From the NCBI GenBank assembly GCA_903856085.1, contig CAIOAT010000044.1, positions 25,402 to 89,401 on the forward strand: a DNA stretch of 64,000 nt, written 5' to 3'. The translations under genes and the position numbers were made by a program. Positions 50,715 to 62,700 of this stretch are shown here, piece after piece. Positions within the stretch are counted from its first letter, which is position 1. Each line of letters begins with the position of its first letter. The notes below the pieces were generated by a model, which had not been told where the DNA came from, made no database searches, and was given only the letters and a program-made list of their open reading frames with translations. The DNA is from Candidatus Omnitrophota bacterium (lineage in GTDB: Bacteria; Omnitrophota; Omnitrophia; Omnitrophales; Aquincolibacteriaceae).

Positions 50715-53700
50715 ATGATCAGCTGGCAGCAACCGATGATCAAGCCTTGGCTAAGAACCGTCGCCTGCCTGACCGCCTTTGTTTTTCTTTTTACGAGCGT
50801 GGTCTGGGATGGTGGCGTCAAAGCCTATGCCGCCGCCTCTAATTCCGTAAGCGTCACCCCCATCGAGACATTCAAAGCCAATGCCGCGTCTTCTCTGATC
50901 GACCGTCCCGATCTTCCGGACAGCTACGGAACGATCAAGGGAACTTTTAAAGGGAGTCGCGACCAGATTGTCCTTCACATCCAGGACGCGCACGTCAACG
51001 ATGAAGCCCAGCGCAACATTGCGCACATCCTCCAGTATTTTTCCGAGAAATACCAACTTGGCCTCGTGAGCCTTGAGGGTGCCTCCGGCGAACTTTACCC
51101 CGAACTTTTTTCTTTTTTCCCGAACAAACAGGCTCGCCAGAATGTTGCCGATTACTTCCTGAAAGAAGGCCGCCTCACGGGTCCAGAATATCTTGCGATC
51201 GTCGAAAAGCCCGCGATGACGCTTTATGGCGTGGAAGATAAGGAGCTTTACGAGGAAAACCGGAAGGCCTATGTGGATGCGCTCCAGTTCAAGGACCGCG
51301 ATGAGAAGATCTTGGCGGAACTGAATAAGGTCCTTGAAGGCATCAGTCGTTTTGTGTTTCCCGAGGAAATGCGCGAACTCGTTCGTCGCCGTGCCGCGTT
51401 CCAAGAAGGCGGACCGGAGCTGGTCTCTTATGTCCGCTATCTGGTGGAACTTGCCCGTAAGCACAATATCGCGCTTGATGAATATCCCGGGATGCACTCT
51501 CTGATTAAGCTGGTGGATCTTGAGAAGCAGGTTGATTTCGACAAGGCCGAAAAAGAAACCGATGCATTGATTAACGATCTCAAGCATGTGCTGACGCATG
51601 AGAAACTCTCCCGCTTTCTCACCAACACCGTTCACTTCCGTATGAAGAAGATGAAACGCGCCGCCTATTATGGGTACCTCCAGGATGAGATCCAGGGCGT
51701 GAGCGTGGCTCAAAGTGGCGGGGAGGAACTGACTACCAAGTACGCCAATGTGATGGCCTATGTGGAGTATATGAAACTTTATGATGCGATCGATGTTTCG
51801 ATCTTTGACGAGATCGATTTCCTTGAGAAGACCGTCAAGAACAAGCTCTTCACGAATCCTGAGCAGGTCCAACTCGATCACATCCTTCGAATCTATGACA
51901 TCTATTGCAAGATGTTCGATTTTACATTGACCAAGCAGGACGCCGAGTTCTATTACACCTATCAGAATGAGTTCAAGTCAGAGACTTTTGTAAGTTTTCT
52001 CACACCGCTCATGTCGAAGTACCACTTCACCTACGGATTGCCGTCCCAAGTGAAGACACTCGATCAGGATCTGCCGCGCGTGGAGCGCTTTTATAAAGCC
52101 GCTCTGGAACGCGACCAGGTGTTGATCGAGCGAGCGGTTGAGAAAACCCTTGCCAGCGGGCAGAAGATATCCGCCATCGTTACAGGCGGTTTTCATACGC
52201 CCGGGATCGAGAAGTACCTTCGTGAGAAGGACATCTCCTATATAGTAGTCGCCCCGCGTATCACCAAGACGATTGATAAGAAAAAGGAAAGCGCGCTCTA
52301 TGACGCCGCTTTGCGCCAAGCCCCGCTTTCGATCGAAAAAGTTCTCACGGAAACATTTCTCCAACCCAAAACCGGCGTTCTGAACGATCCTCGGTTCCAG
52401 TTGCAGGCATGGTTGGCGATTTCTCCCAAAGGAGAATTTGATTTCAAGTCCGATGTGGCTTTGTTCTTCCCCCTGACCGCCGCAACGAATATTTTTGAAG
52501 TCGTGAATGCGGCAAGAGAGCAGGCCCGGCAGGAGGGGAAGTCGCTCTCCAATGAGCAGATCACACCCTTAGTGGCCAGCGAGATCGAAAGGATGAAAAA
52601 AGATGCGGCCAGGGATTTGTCGGGAGGTGATCTGAGTAAAGTCGAGGCGTTGCTCAGTATGTTTCACCCCGAAGCATTCTCAGGTAATGTGCTCTGGGTA
52701 CCTGCGGGAAACAGTGGGGACTTCCTGGCTTTTGTGCTCCACGGTAAGACGGAAAAAATAAGCGAAGAACCGGGAGCTGTGCGGGGGACTCGACAGACTG
52801 TTTCATTTGGGCCAGAAGAAAAGACAGCGCTGTCTTTCTATCGGGTGCGTGGCTCTTTTGTTCCGGACGCGATCAGAGGAATGGTTCGTGCTGAGGCGCG
52901 TGTTCTGGCGACCCCTCAGACAGGACCTATTGCGGTCGTGGCGGGTCCAAACGCGAAGCAAGAGGCTCGTGATCGAGAAATAGCAGCCCAGATCCAAGCG
53001 ATCAGGGCGGAAGCCAGGATGAAGGCAACAAAGGAAGACGTCAGGGCCGCGGCTAGAGTTCAGGCGAATCTCCCCATGTTTTTGGATTTCATAAAAGCAT
53101 TTGGCTATAAAGGCCCCATCGATAGGATCCAGGCCGCAGTGATAAGGCCTGCCGATCCCAAGGAAGATAAACCTACGGTCGAGTTCCTGAAAATTCTTTC
53201 AGATCCTGAACTCAAACAGCGTCTCCAGGCCCTCGCAGTATTCTTGTCATCATTGAATCCGGAAGAGCTTGCGACAAAGAAATTGTCGCAGAATGAGTTG
53301 CGTCTCTTCTTGCTCTGGGGGGCTAAAGCTAACGGGCTCAAAAAATATCCGGAACTGGCCAAGATTTTAGAGGACATTCTCGCAGGTCGAACCCCGTCCG
53401 TTTCGCAGGCTGCGACTCCTGCAGAGGTTTCTGCGGCAAAAGCTCCTGCGGTGACTACTCCTGCGGCTATTCCTACAGCAGCAACTCTTGCAACCGAAAC
53501 GGCGGATCAGGTCAAGGCGCGGGTTGAAAAGGAACAGGGCGGTTACTTCGGCTCGTATGTCCGGCGCGGAGTTCTCGGGTGGAGTGCTGTCGGACTTATC
53601 GCCGGATTACTTTTGGGGATGATCATGCCGGCCACAGTGGTAGCTTTTCCACTTGTTTTCGGATTCGTAGCGTTCGTGTTGCGGGCGTTGAGGGCCTGGT

Positions 53701-56700
53701 CTGTTAAGAGTGGGATCACCGTTCAGGCCAATCCGAAGGGTGCCGGATGGATTGTCACTTCAGCAAACGGAAAGAAATGGCTCGAAGGTCTTTCGGCTCC
53801 TGATTTGTCGACGATCCAGGATAAAAACGAACAGCGGCAGGCTTCCATTGATTACAAACTTCAAAATTGGCCGGCATATCGGAAAATGCACGAAAGTAAA
53901 ATTTTCAGCGATGATTCCGAGTCCGAAGCTGCCGCTAAGGCTGAGGCATCCGCAAAGAAAAGGATCCTCCAGTTTGTGGGGATTGGGACGGCTGTAGGCG
54001 TTATTTTGGGGGCCACGACCGTACTTCCCGTGGTGGCGACAGTTGCTGTTTCCGCGATAACCGCCGGGTTTTTAGCTGCCGCTGTGTTGAAAACACGGGC
54101 GGAGTGGAAAAAACAGGGCGGGACGCAGAATATAATGAAGCAGGGTGTTTTTACGGCGATCGGCCTTGCTCTCAAAATTTTTGTGAGCATGCCCTTTCAT
54201 CTTCTTGATGGTTTTATCCTCCAATATTTCCGCCTTCGCATCAATTATTTTATCTTGGGCGCCAAGAATCAACGCTGGATCACGAATGCCGAAACGCAAG
54301 CGATGGTTGAAAATGCCAGGACCCATGAAGCCGATAAGAATCTTTCACGGACAGACCGTTTTATCCGTACGGATCTGGGATACGGGATCTGGGTCACACT
54401 CCAGGCTTCGCAGATCGCCGCTCTCTATGAATTTTTTCAAAAACGGGCCAAACTTTTTGTCTATGGCCAGCTCAGTGGTATTGTTTTAACAGCCGCCGGA
54501 ACCTCGCTTCCCGTCTTCGCGGTTTTGGGCGTCGGATTCTGGGGCTATATTATTGTGAAGCAGGTTCTAGCTTATCGTGCCGCCCAGGCGAAGGGACAAA
54601 ATCTGCCGGCCCATTGGCTCCGGAATCGCATTCTCGGGCATTTGATCTTCGCGACGATCTTTGGCGGTCTGATGTGGCTGGGCGTTTCTCCTCCGTCCTG
54701 GGCTGTGGCGTCTCCGGGTACCGGAGATGTGGCCACGAAAGCGTTGAATCTTTTTGGAATACCCATACCCTCTTTTCCCGCTATTCCCGGCGTCCCTCAT
54801 TTTGATCTTCTGAATCTTGGGGCCGTAATTCAAACGAAGGGCACGATATTTGGATTTTTAGGGGATAAGGTCCACCTCACTTTTCAGGCCATTGCCAGCT
54901 CTGCAACACTGAATTTTCTTTTGGCAGTGACGACTCAGATCCCGAACAAAATGCGTGAGATCATGATGCGCGACACGATGGTCGATATGGCCCGCATTTT
55001 AGTTCCCCAAGCAAAAAATCTTAAGGAAGCATTCGACGGGCTTGCCAAGTATGGGATCACACCCTCAAATTTTTCTCTTTCGGGGATTTTGGCTCTGTCG
55101 GGTGAGAAACAAACGCCGGAATGGATGGCCCTTTCTGCTGAGCAGCGGGCGATTGTTCTCAAGCTTATCGAGCGCGATCTGAAGGATCGCATTTATGGAA
55201 TGAACCGTTACGATGCGGGGCTCGCTCTTACCGCTCTGGGTCGCGCCATTCGTGAAAATGATCCCGAAGGTCAGGTTTCTATTCCCGAAAAACTCGCACG
55301 AGGACAGGGGATTGGCTATCGCATGCGGGTGAACGCCGCCGCTCGCCGTGAAGTTTTAACGAGTGGGTCTTTTTGGGTTTCGATGGTTTTTGGGACTTTT
55401 TCGATGTGGGTGGTGACGCACGAGATCGCGGCTATCGTTCATTATGCTGAAGGTATTGATAAAATAATCAGTTCGGCTTTGGGTGTGGATTTTCATCTTT
55501 TCGGTACAGGTATTAAAGGGATCGAAGGAGACCAGTTGAAGCAGAAGGAACATGCCGAGATGGCCCAAAGGGGAGAGCATGTTGCTTTCACGGATCGTTT
55601 GATCGCATCGGGACTGCTCAGTAGTCTTCAAACGAGTGTACAAGAAGTCTCCACGAACTTTGTGGTGCAGCCTTACATGATCGCCAAGCGGACGGCAGAT
55701 CAATTGCCGGCCATAAAAGCGAACCTTGGGAAAATAGCGGATGAACGTTTTGGTTTTGCGCCCACCAAGGCAAAAGCTGATTTTATTGACAGCGCTCACC
55801 GGCAAATTGCCGTAATGGAAAAAGCAACTTACTGGTCTATTGTTGGCCAGAAATTGGAGGGGGTTGCCCATTTTGCGGGATCGGCGTTCAATGCATTAGG
55901 CTCTGTCCTTGTGACATCGGCGAGAGCTGAATCGTTGCCTCCGATGATGGTTCCACAAACTGAAGTCAAGGAAGGTCTGCAAGCCGAAATTCCGGCAACG
56001 AAACCTGCTGAAGTTGCGGCGGTAGCGCCTGTTCTGCCTGCTCCCGAGGCGCCGAGAGTTTCTGTTGAGGCTCCGGCGGAAGTAACGAAACCGGCTGAAG
56101 TTGCGGTGGTTGCTCCTGTCCAGCCTGCTCCTGAAGTGCCGAAAGCTGAAGTCAAAGAAGCCCCTGCGGTTCCTGAAACTGCGTTGAAACTCGAAATGCC
56201 TTCGCCGTCGTTGAGGCCTCTGACGGATGTTCAGCCTGCTCCTGAGGCGCCCAAAGTTTCCGTTGAAGCTCCGGCGGAAGTAGCGAACCCCAAAACGGTG
56301 GCTCAGCCGGCGCTTCCGACAAAAATATTTGAGATTAGTCGGGAGAATGTGAGGGAGGGGGCAAAAGGTGCGGAGCGGATTGCTGCGAAAACTATTGTCC
56401 TGACTCTCAAGGCCGAGGATATGGAAGCGCTTATTCGAGAAGGAAAGGCTCTTGCTTTTTCATATAAGGATAACGGGTTCTGGAAAGCGAAGACCAAAAT
56501 TCCGAGAGCTTTGAATGATCCCGAGGTCACACACTTCAGTATTGGTAATGATGTCTATAAGATCGGTTTACCCACGACGGTGGTGGGTGTGCAGGCGACT
56601 CCAAAAGCTGTGACGTCATCCACTTCAGTCAAAGCCCCTCAACCCGTTGCCGCGAAGCAATCGCCTGCCCAAAAAATCGGTTTGGCCGCTGCGGCGGCCG

Positions 56701-59700
56701 GTCCCGTGGCTGCTGCGTCAGAGTTGTTCGTTTCCGCGCTGGAGCCGGCCTCGGCAAAATTTACCACCATGGATCTTCCTATGCCGACGACGGGGATACG
56801 CGATATTTTGATTACTGCCATGAAAGATAATCCCATGTCGCGGCAGGCTGGGGTTGAAAAGGGCATTAAGGATAAAACCGTTGAGTCGTTCGCTTGGTGG
56901 TACCGCTGGATCACCCTAGACCTGCAAGTTTCATATAATTTTATGCCGCGCGATCTTCCCTTGTATCAGAATAAGTCCGGATCGGGACCCAGCAAAGATG
57001 TGGATTTTTCATTGGGTTGGGAGGATGCCGGAAGCGGGAACATAAATCTCGGGCTTCCGATCTATTCCCCCGAGGGATATCCCGCCGAGCACATGGAGGC
57101 TGTTCCTATTCTCGATGCGAATGGACAACCGACCGGGGACACAGCGCTTGTTAGCAGACCGGGTATCCCCACAACGCCATTGACGCAAAGTCAGTTTGAT
57201 GCGCTACGGGGCGTGACTTTCACTCCAGACGGCAACAACTATGTGCTGTCGGGATATCAGCCCGTGCTGGATAGTGTTGTCATTCCGATGGGAGATGTCA
57301 ATATCACCAAAGGGCTCCTGGTGCAAAACCTGAATGCGATCGCCGGGAACGAAAGCTTTTGGAAGCTCTTCAATCTCCCTGCCGGCACGGCTTCCCAACT
57401 GGTCAGTGATCCGGCCTATCAAAAGGCCATGGGATTTGCGAGCTATTTTGCGTCGCGCTATGACAACCCGCTTAATACGGGCGATAACCTCAAAACTGTT
57501 TTTAAAGGCGCGACTCTTCCGCAGATCATGGAATCGATGGCGCGCATGAAAGCGACGGCAAGAAAGAATCTTGGCCGTGATTTTAGTTTGGATAATCCCT
57601 ATGATGCGGCGCTTCTGACTTATCTTTCCAGAGCGGATCTCACGGATCAGGCGGAAGGAACTACGATCGTCCGCGAGATCTTAAAAGAGCGGGATTGGGA
57701 AGCGAAACTGATCCTGCGTTTTGAACCCCTGAACCTGGCTCGAAGCCGCCAGGCGAAGATCAGCAAGGCGGAAGCGGAAGCTGCGAATGCGGACCTCCTG
57801 AAAACCGAGACGACCGTCCTTCGGAACACTACCCAGCAGCTTTATGTGATCGCGCTGGCGAATCAACAGATTGCTGACAAAGAAAAACTTATCATAGCGT
57901 TTGAAGCGGACGATGCCGAGCAGCGCGCTGTGCGGGGTGTCGAGGATAACTCCCTGACGCATACCCGCATTACAAGTGAACTCCAAAAACTCAAGATCCA
58001 GATCATCGTCCTGAAGACCGAGCGGGACGAGGCCAAAAGGAAAGTCCTCGAACTGGCGGGGCGGCAGCCGGGTATAGATCTGGGTTATCCGGTCGAGGAC
58101 ATTACTCTTAAAGTCGTCGGTGATGCTGTTGCCCAGGTACCACTTTCGCAGGCCGATGTTCAGGCCGTGATCGAAAGAGCGTTCGCGAGTTTGCATCAGG
58201 CCGTGGCATCGAAGGCAGCGCTAGGTGGAATTGACGCAACTTTGGCCGTTCCGCAAGTCACCGTTGACATTTTAAGGATGGCAGGGATATGGGACCTCGG
58301 CGATAAGGTTGCCGTCGAGATCCGCTTAGATCTCAGTTGGCAGATCAAAAGTCTTTTTGAGAGTAAGGTTGCAAATGCCCTCTTTGAATCCGAAGCCTAC
58401 AAGTTCGCGTCACGCCTTCGCGGGATCTACGAACGGCATAACCTGCTTGAGCGAGAAAGTGTCCATACCGCAGAATTTATCAAATCGTTGGAAAATGGGG
58501 TTTCAGCGCAGGATCGTTTGATTGCTGAGATCAAGAACGATTCTAACAAGCACTATCGCCGAGATCTGAGTCTTGTGCAAGCCCAGAAAGACCGGGAGAA
58601 AATGCAGGAAGACCTCGACGGTTCCAGGCTGGCTCTCCAGTTGATTCAGGATGAGTTGCGGAATTATACAAAAACGGACGCCCAGATCGGGAAGCTGCTC
58701 GGAGAATTCACCAAGAAGGATTCCGGACGAGCGAAGATCATACAGACCGCGATTAGCGCCATGCGGGCCGATGTCGCGAAGGCATGGGCTGCTCAAGATT
58801 CTGTAAATCGTGATGCTATGATCCAAGAGGCTCAGACTCTGGCGGATCGATTAGCTTCGAGCGAGGCGGAATCGGCGCGGGTCCATGAGGAGATCTTACG
58901 CGAAGCAGATTATAACCTTGCCAGCATTCGTAAAGATGCAAAACTGGATGCCCTCAATTATAACGTCTCCAATTGGCTGCGACTTTCCTTGTCGGGTGGA
59001 ATCGGTTGGGGGTGGGGAGATCGAAATGAAAAGGATATTACGCTTGAAGCGACGCAGTGGAAATTACGCGCGGACGCTCAGGCGACCGCCAAAGTTACTT
59101 TGTATGATCCGACACTTTGGGCAAGAGGTCGTCAGCGGCAATTGGCCCAAGATACTGCTAAAAAACTTTTAGACCGGTCAGGTGCAGAACTGGCCGCGTC
59201 CGTCTCCGGATGGCTGAACAATGTTCGTCGTGAATCCGAACTCCTCAATCTGACCGAAGCGACATTGAAGACGAAGCAAATCGAGCTTAAAGGCGCCAAG
59301 GACGAGGCCGATGCCGAGTTGGGTCGTACTACGCCGGCCAAGGATCGTCTGGCGGTCTTAGCAAAGTCTGAAGGAGAGCGTCAAAAGCTTTATTCCTGGC
59401 GGGCGAAGGTCAGGATCGCCAGCGCAGAGGCGAATGTCGAAGCGGCGAGGATCAAGGACGAGGCCGCACGCAATAATCTTTTCAAAGTCATGATGCAATT
59501 CAAGTCGTTTGCTTTTGCCGGGGATAAATCGCCCGCGGCAGCAAAGCCGATTGCTCCCTCTAAGGAGGCGCAGCCGTCGATCAGCATGTCACCTTTTGCA
59601 CCCATCACGGATGCCGCGGGTAGAATCTCTGAATCCGGGACTGCACAACTGAAGATTTTGGCCAAGGATTTTGACGAACTATTTCGCAGCCTCGTCAGGG

Positions 59701-62700
59701 AGACAGAGGATCAGACTTCGGGTATGGGGAGCATGAGCACAAACCGGCTCCGGTACGAACAGCTTTATGACGTGAACCGCTTGCTGATGCCGCTTCAGTC
59801 CCGTTTGTCCTTGAATGATCAGGAACAGGTTCAGAAGATTCTTGGGATTTTGAAGAGTATCGATCCGGAAAAAAATGCTTCTTTGGGCAAGGAATTGTCG
59901 ACGATCGGCCGGGCGATTTTGACCAATGAAAAACTTACGGATCGACAGAGAGTGGAGAAGCTTTTTAAAGCATTTGAAGGGAAACTCGATGCTAAAAAAT
60001 ACCCGGCTCTCCGGCAACAGCTCATGAGTGTCCGAACCGCCATGTTGCACAGTGATGAAGCGATGGTAAACGAAGTTCTAAAAGCCATACCGGGGGCGAT
60101 GGATCCCGCGAAATATCCGGAGATTTTCAAAGCCAGCCGCGAGCTCCGGGCGATGCAAGCGAAGCTCGTCGCTCGGATCAAGGAAATCCAGAACCCGAAA
60201 CTTACGGCTACCGAAAAACTCAATCGACTGACCGAGCCCCTGCAGAGCTATCTTGAAAAGCAGAAGAAATTTCAGCAGCTTTTCCAGGTCGTAGAGCAGA
60301 CGGCCCTCATCGACAGGGAGTTGAAAGATATCCTTGAAAATTCCAAGGGCTACTCGGAGCCCGTACGGTTGACGATGCTTACCGGAGTGATCAGGGATTA
60401 TCTTGCCGCGGAGATCCTTTACGCCAAGAGCGACTATTTCATTAAAGATCACAAACCAAAATTGTGGAGAGAATTCGAAAAAACACGACGCCAGATCAGC
60501 GAGATTTCAAATATTGCCGCGGTCGAAGAGGTTATGCGCAAACTGGACAGCTCGGTTTGGGAAAAGAGGGAATTTGCCCATCAACTGGGCCTTGAAAAGT
60601 GGGCGTTCGGGGTCAGCGTTGGTTACAGCATTGGTTTTACCAAGGATGGCGTCTCGTCGACGTCTTTCGGGGTAACTCCATGGTGGGGGATGATGCCGTG
60701 GGCGGCGGACAAAGCCATTGGGTGGGTTCCTTTGCTCGGGAAACCGATCACCGATATTCTAGGCGTCAATCAAGATGGAAAGAATATGCAGATCCGGAAA
60801 TACATGACCGACATGAGTATCGGCGTGTTGTCGGCAGAGCAGACCCTGCGCAGCCTGGATATCACCTCAAGCCAGTTCCGGAATGAATACGCCTATTTGG
60901 TCCGGATGAAGCAGCTAACCACAGGTTTGGCGGCGGCGATCGAGGCATGGAGAAACCAGCATAAAGAGTTTTTGAATACGATCGGTGTGGATGCTACCGA
61001 AGCGGCGCTTTCCGGGGATACGACCATGGAGGCGCGTCAGCTTGCCGAGATTCTTAAGCTTGAAGAAAAAATACGGCACATCAACGGAGAATTAAGGAAT
61101 GTTCAGAACCGGTTGAGAGAGCACGGTGTGGATCCTGAAACTGTGACGACCGAGGGAGTGGCCAACGGCGATGATGTGCGGCAAGCGTGGCGGACGGGGA
61201 AGGGTCCGCTGGCAGGCCACGTAGGCGGTATGGAATCCCTTGGAACCACGGGGGGGGAGACACTTGATGATATTGCCCGGCAATCCACCGAGTATCAGAT
61301 GGCCGTGTTAGGGCAGAAAGTTTCGGCAATGGAAGAGGAATATACGACCCGCACGCACAGTTTTGGAGATTTTCCAGGAGTCACTTCATCCGGTCTCTTT
61401 TCCGATAATCCGTTCGATTCACCCGTCCGTGCCTTTGGCCAGGTTGAGAGGATCGATGGGGTTTATGATTCAGCGGGAACACGGGTTGGCACACAAACGT
61501 TCGATGTTACCGCGACCGATCTTTCGAGGACCATCACAGTCGATCTGAATCTGGGCGAGATTCTCGGAGGGTTCCAGGGGTCGGTTTACCGTTTGCGTGC
61601 TGAGAATGCCGGCATTGAGGCCGAGCGGATCCTGAAGGAAAAGAAAGCGGAGATCGCGCAGGCCATTTTTGATTATGAAACAGAAGCCGCGGCGATCGAG
61701 AAGATGGAACCTCAGGATCGACTCATGGTTTACGCGATCGTGAGCGGTAATCAAAAGCTCCAGGCGACCCTTCAGGCGACTCGAGGTGAACTTTTACAGA
61801 CCGAGAGTGAGATCCACGGCGCGGCAGTGCGATATATGGAAGCTCGCAATACGCTCAACAGCAAGAAAAGCGAACTTTTGGGGAAAGTCGGGTTCCGGAT
61901 CGAGAAGCTCCCGGATACGAGTCGTGAGGAAGGCCAGGGTTTATCACTCATCGGCGCAGATGAAATGCTCAAGGCCATGACTTCACCTGAAAAATCAAAG
62001 GCGTTCGTGGAGAAGTTAAAGAGTACAGGGATGCAAGATCCGAAGATTCAGACGCTTCAAAATGAACTGGAGCAATTGTCTCTGAATCGCAGGAGCCTCT
62101 GGAGCGATGCGGTGACAAGCGTGTGGTTCCAGGGCGGCTATCAGGATAGTGCGCTAAGAGCCAAGGCAGGGCTTGATCGCCGGCTTTGGGGGGGCGACAT
62201 GTGGGTTCGACTTCACGAAAACAAGGAACGTCAGGCTCAGGTTCGGATTGCGATGGAGGCCCAGGATAACAAGACTCGTCACGCATTTGAGACCTACCGT
62301 GCGAGGCTCAAGAGTACAGATGCTCAGGTGCAGCTCGACCAGGAACGCTTGAATGATCTCATGAAAAGATTCCCGGAGGTGACCCAGGGCGGGTTGGTCC
62401 GCGAGGTTGGGATCGATTTCGCGTTGGATTTTATGCGGGAACTGAATGAATCCTACCGGGCTTATTTTTTCGCGGTCAGGACGCATGCCCGCAACCAGCT
62501 GGAACTGGTGCAATTCCTCAATCAGAACAATATCGATGTCTCCAAGGTGGGTCTTGAATGGACGGACACCGCCATTCCAATGTTGCCCGTCGTCCCGGAG
62601 GTCGCAAAAGACATGACGGCTGGGACGGTCGAGAAGATTACCGTTGGGCCAGGGCAGGAAATAGATCTGGATACTTTTAAACAGCCTGATCCCGCAAAAA

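Noticed and set aside
50751-51881. 376-aa minus-strand ORF
   Set aside because: Antisense shadow of giant gene 2, whose + frame is clearly homologous to giant gene 1
55410-55450. THEIAAIVH in giant 2 as a zinc-protease motif
   Set aside because: The spacing does not fit HExxH
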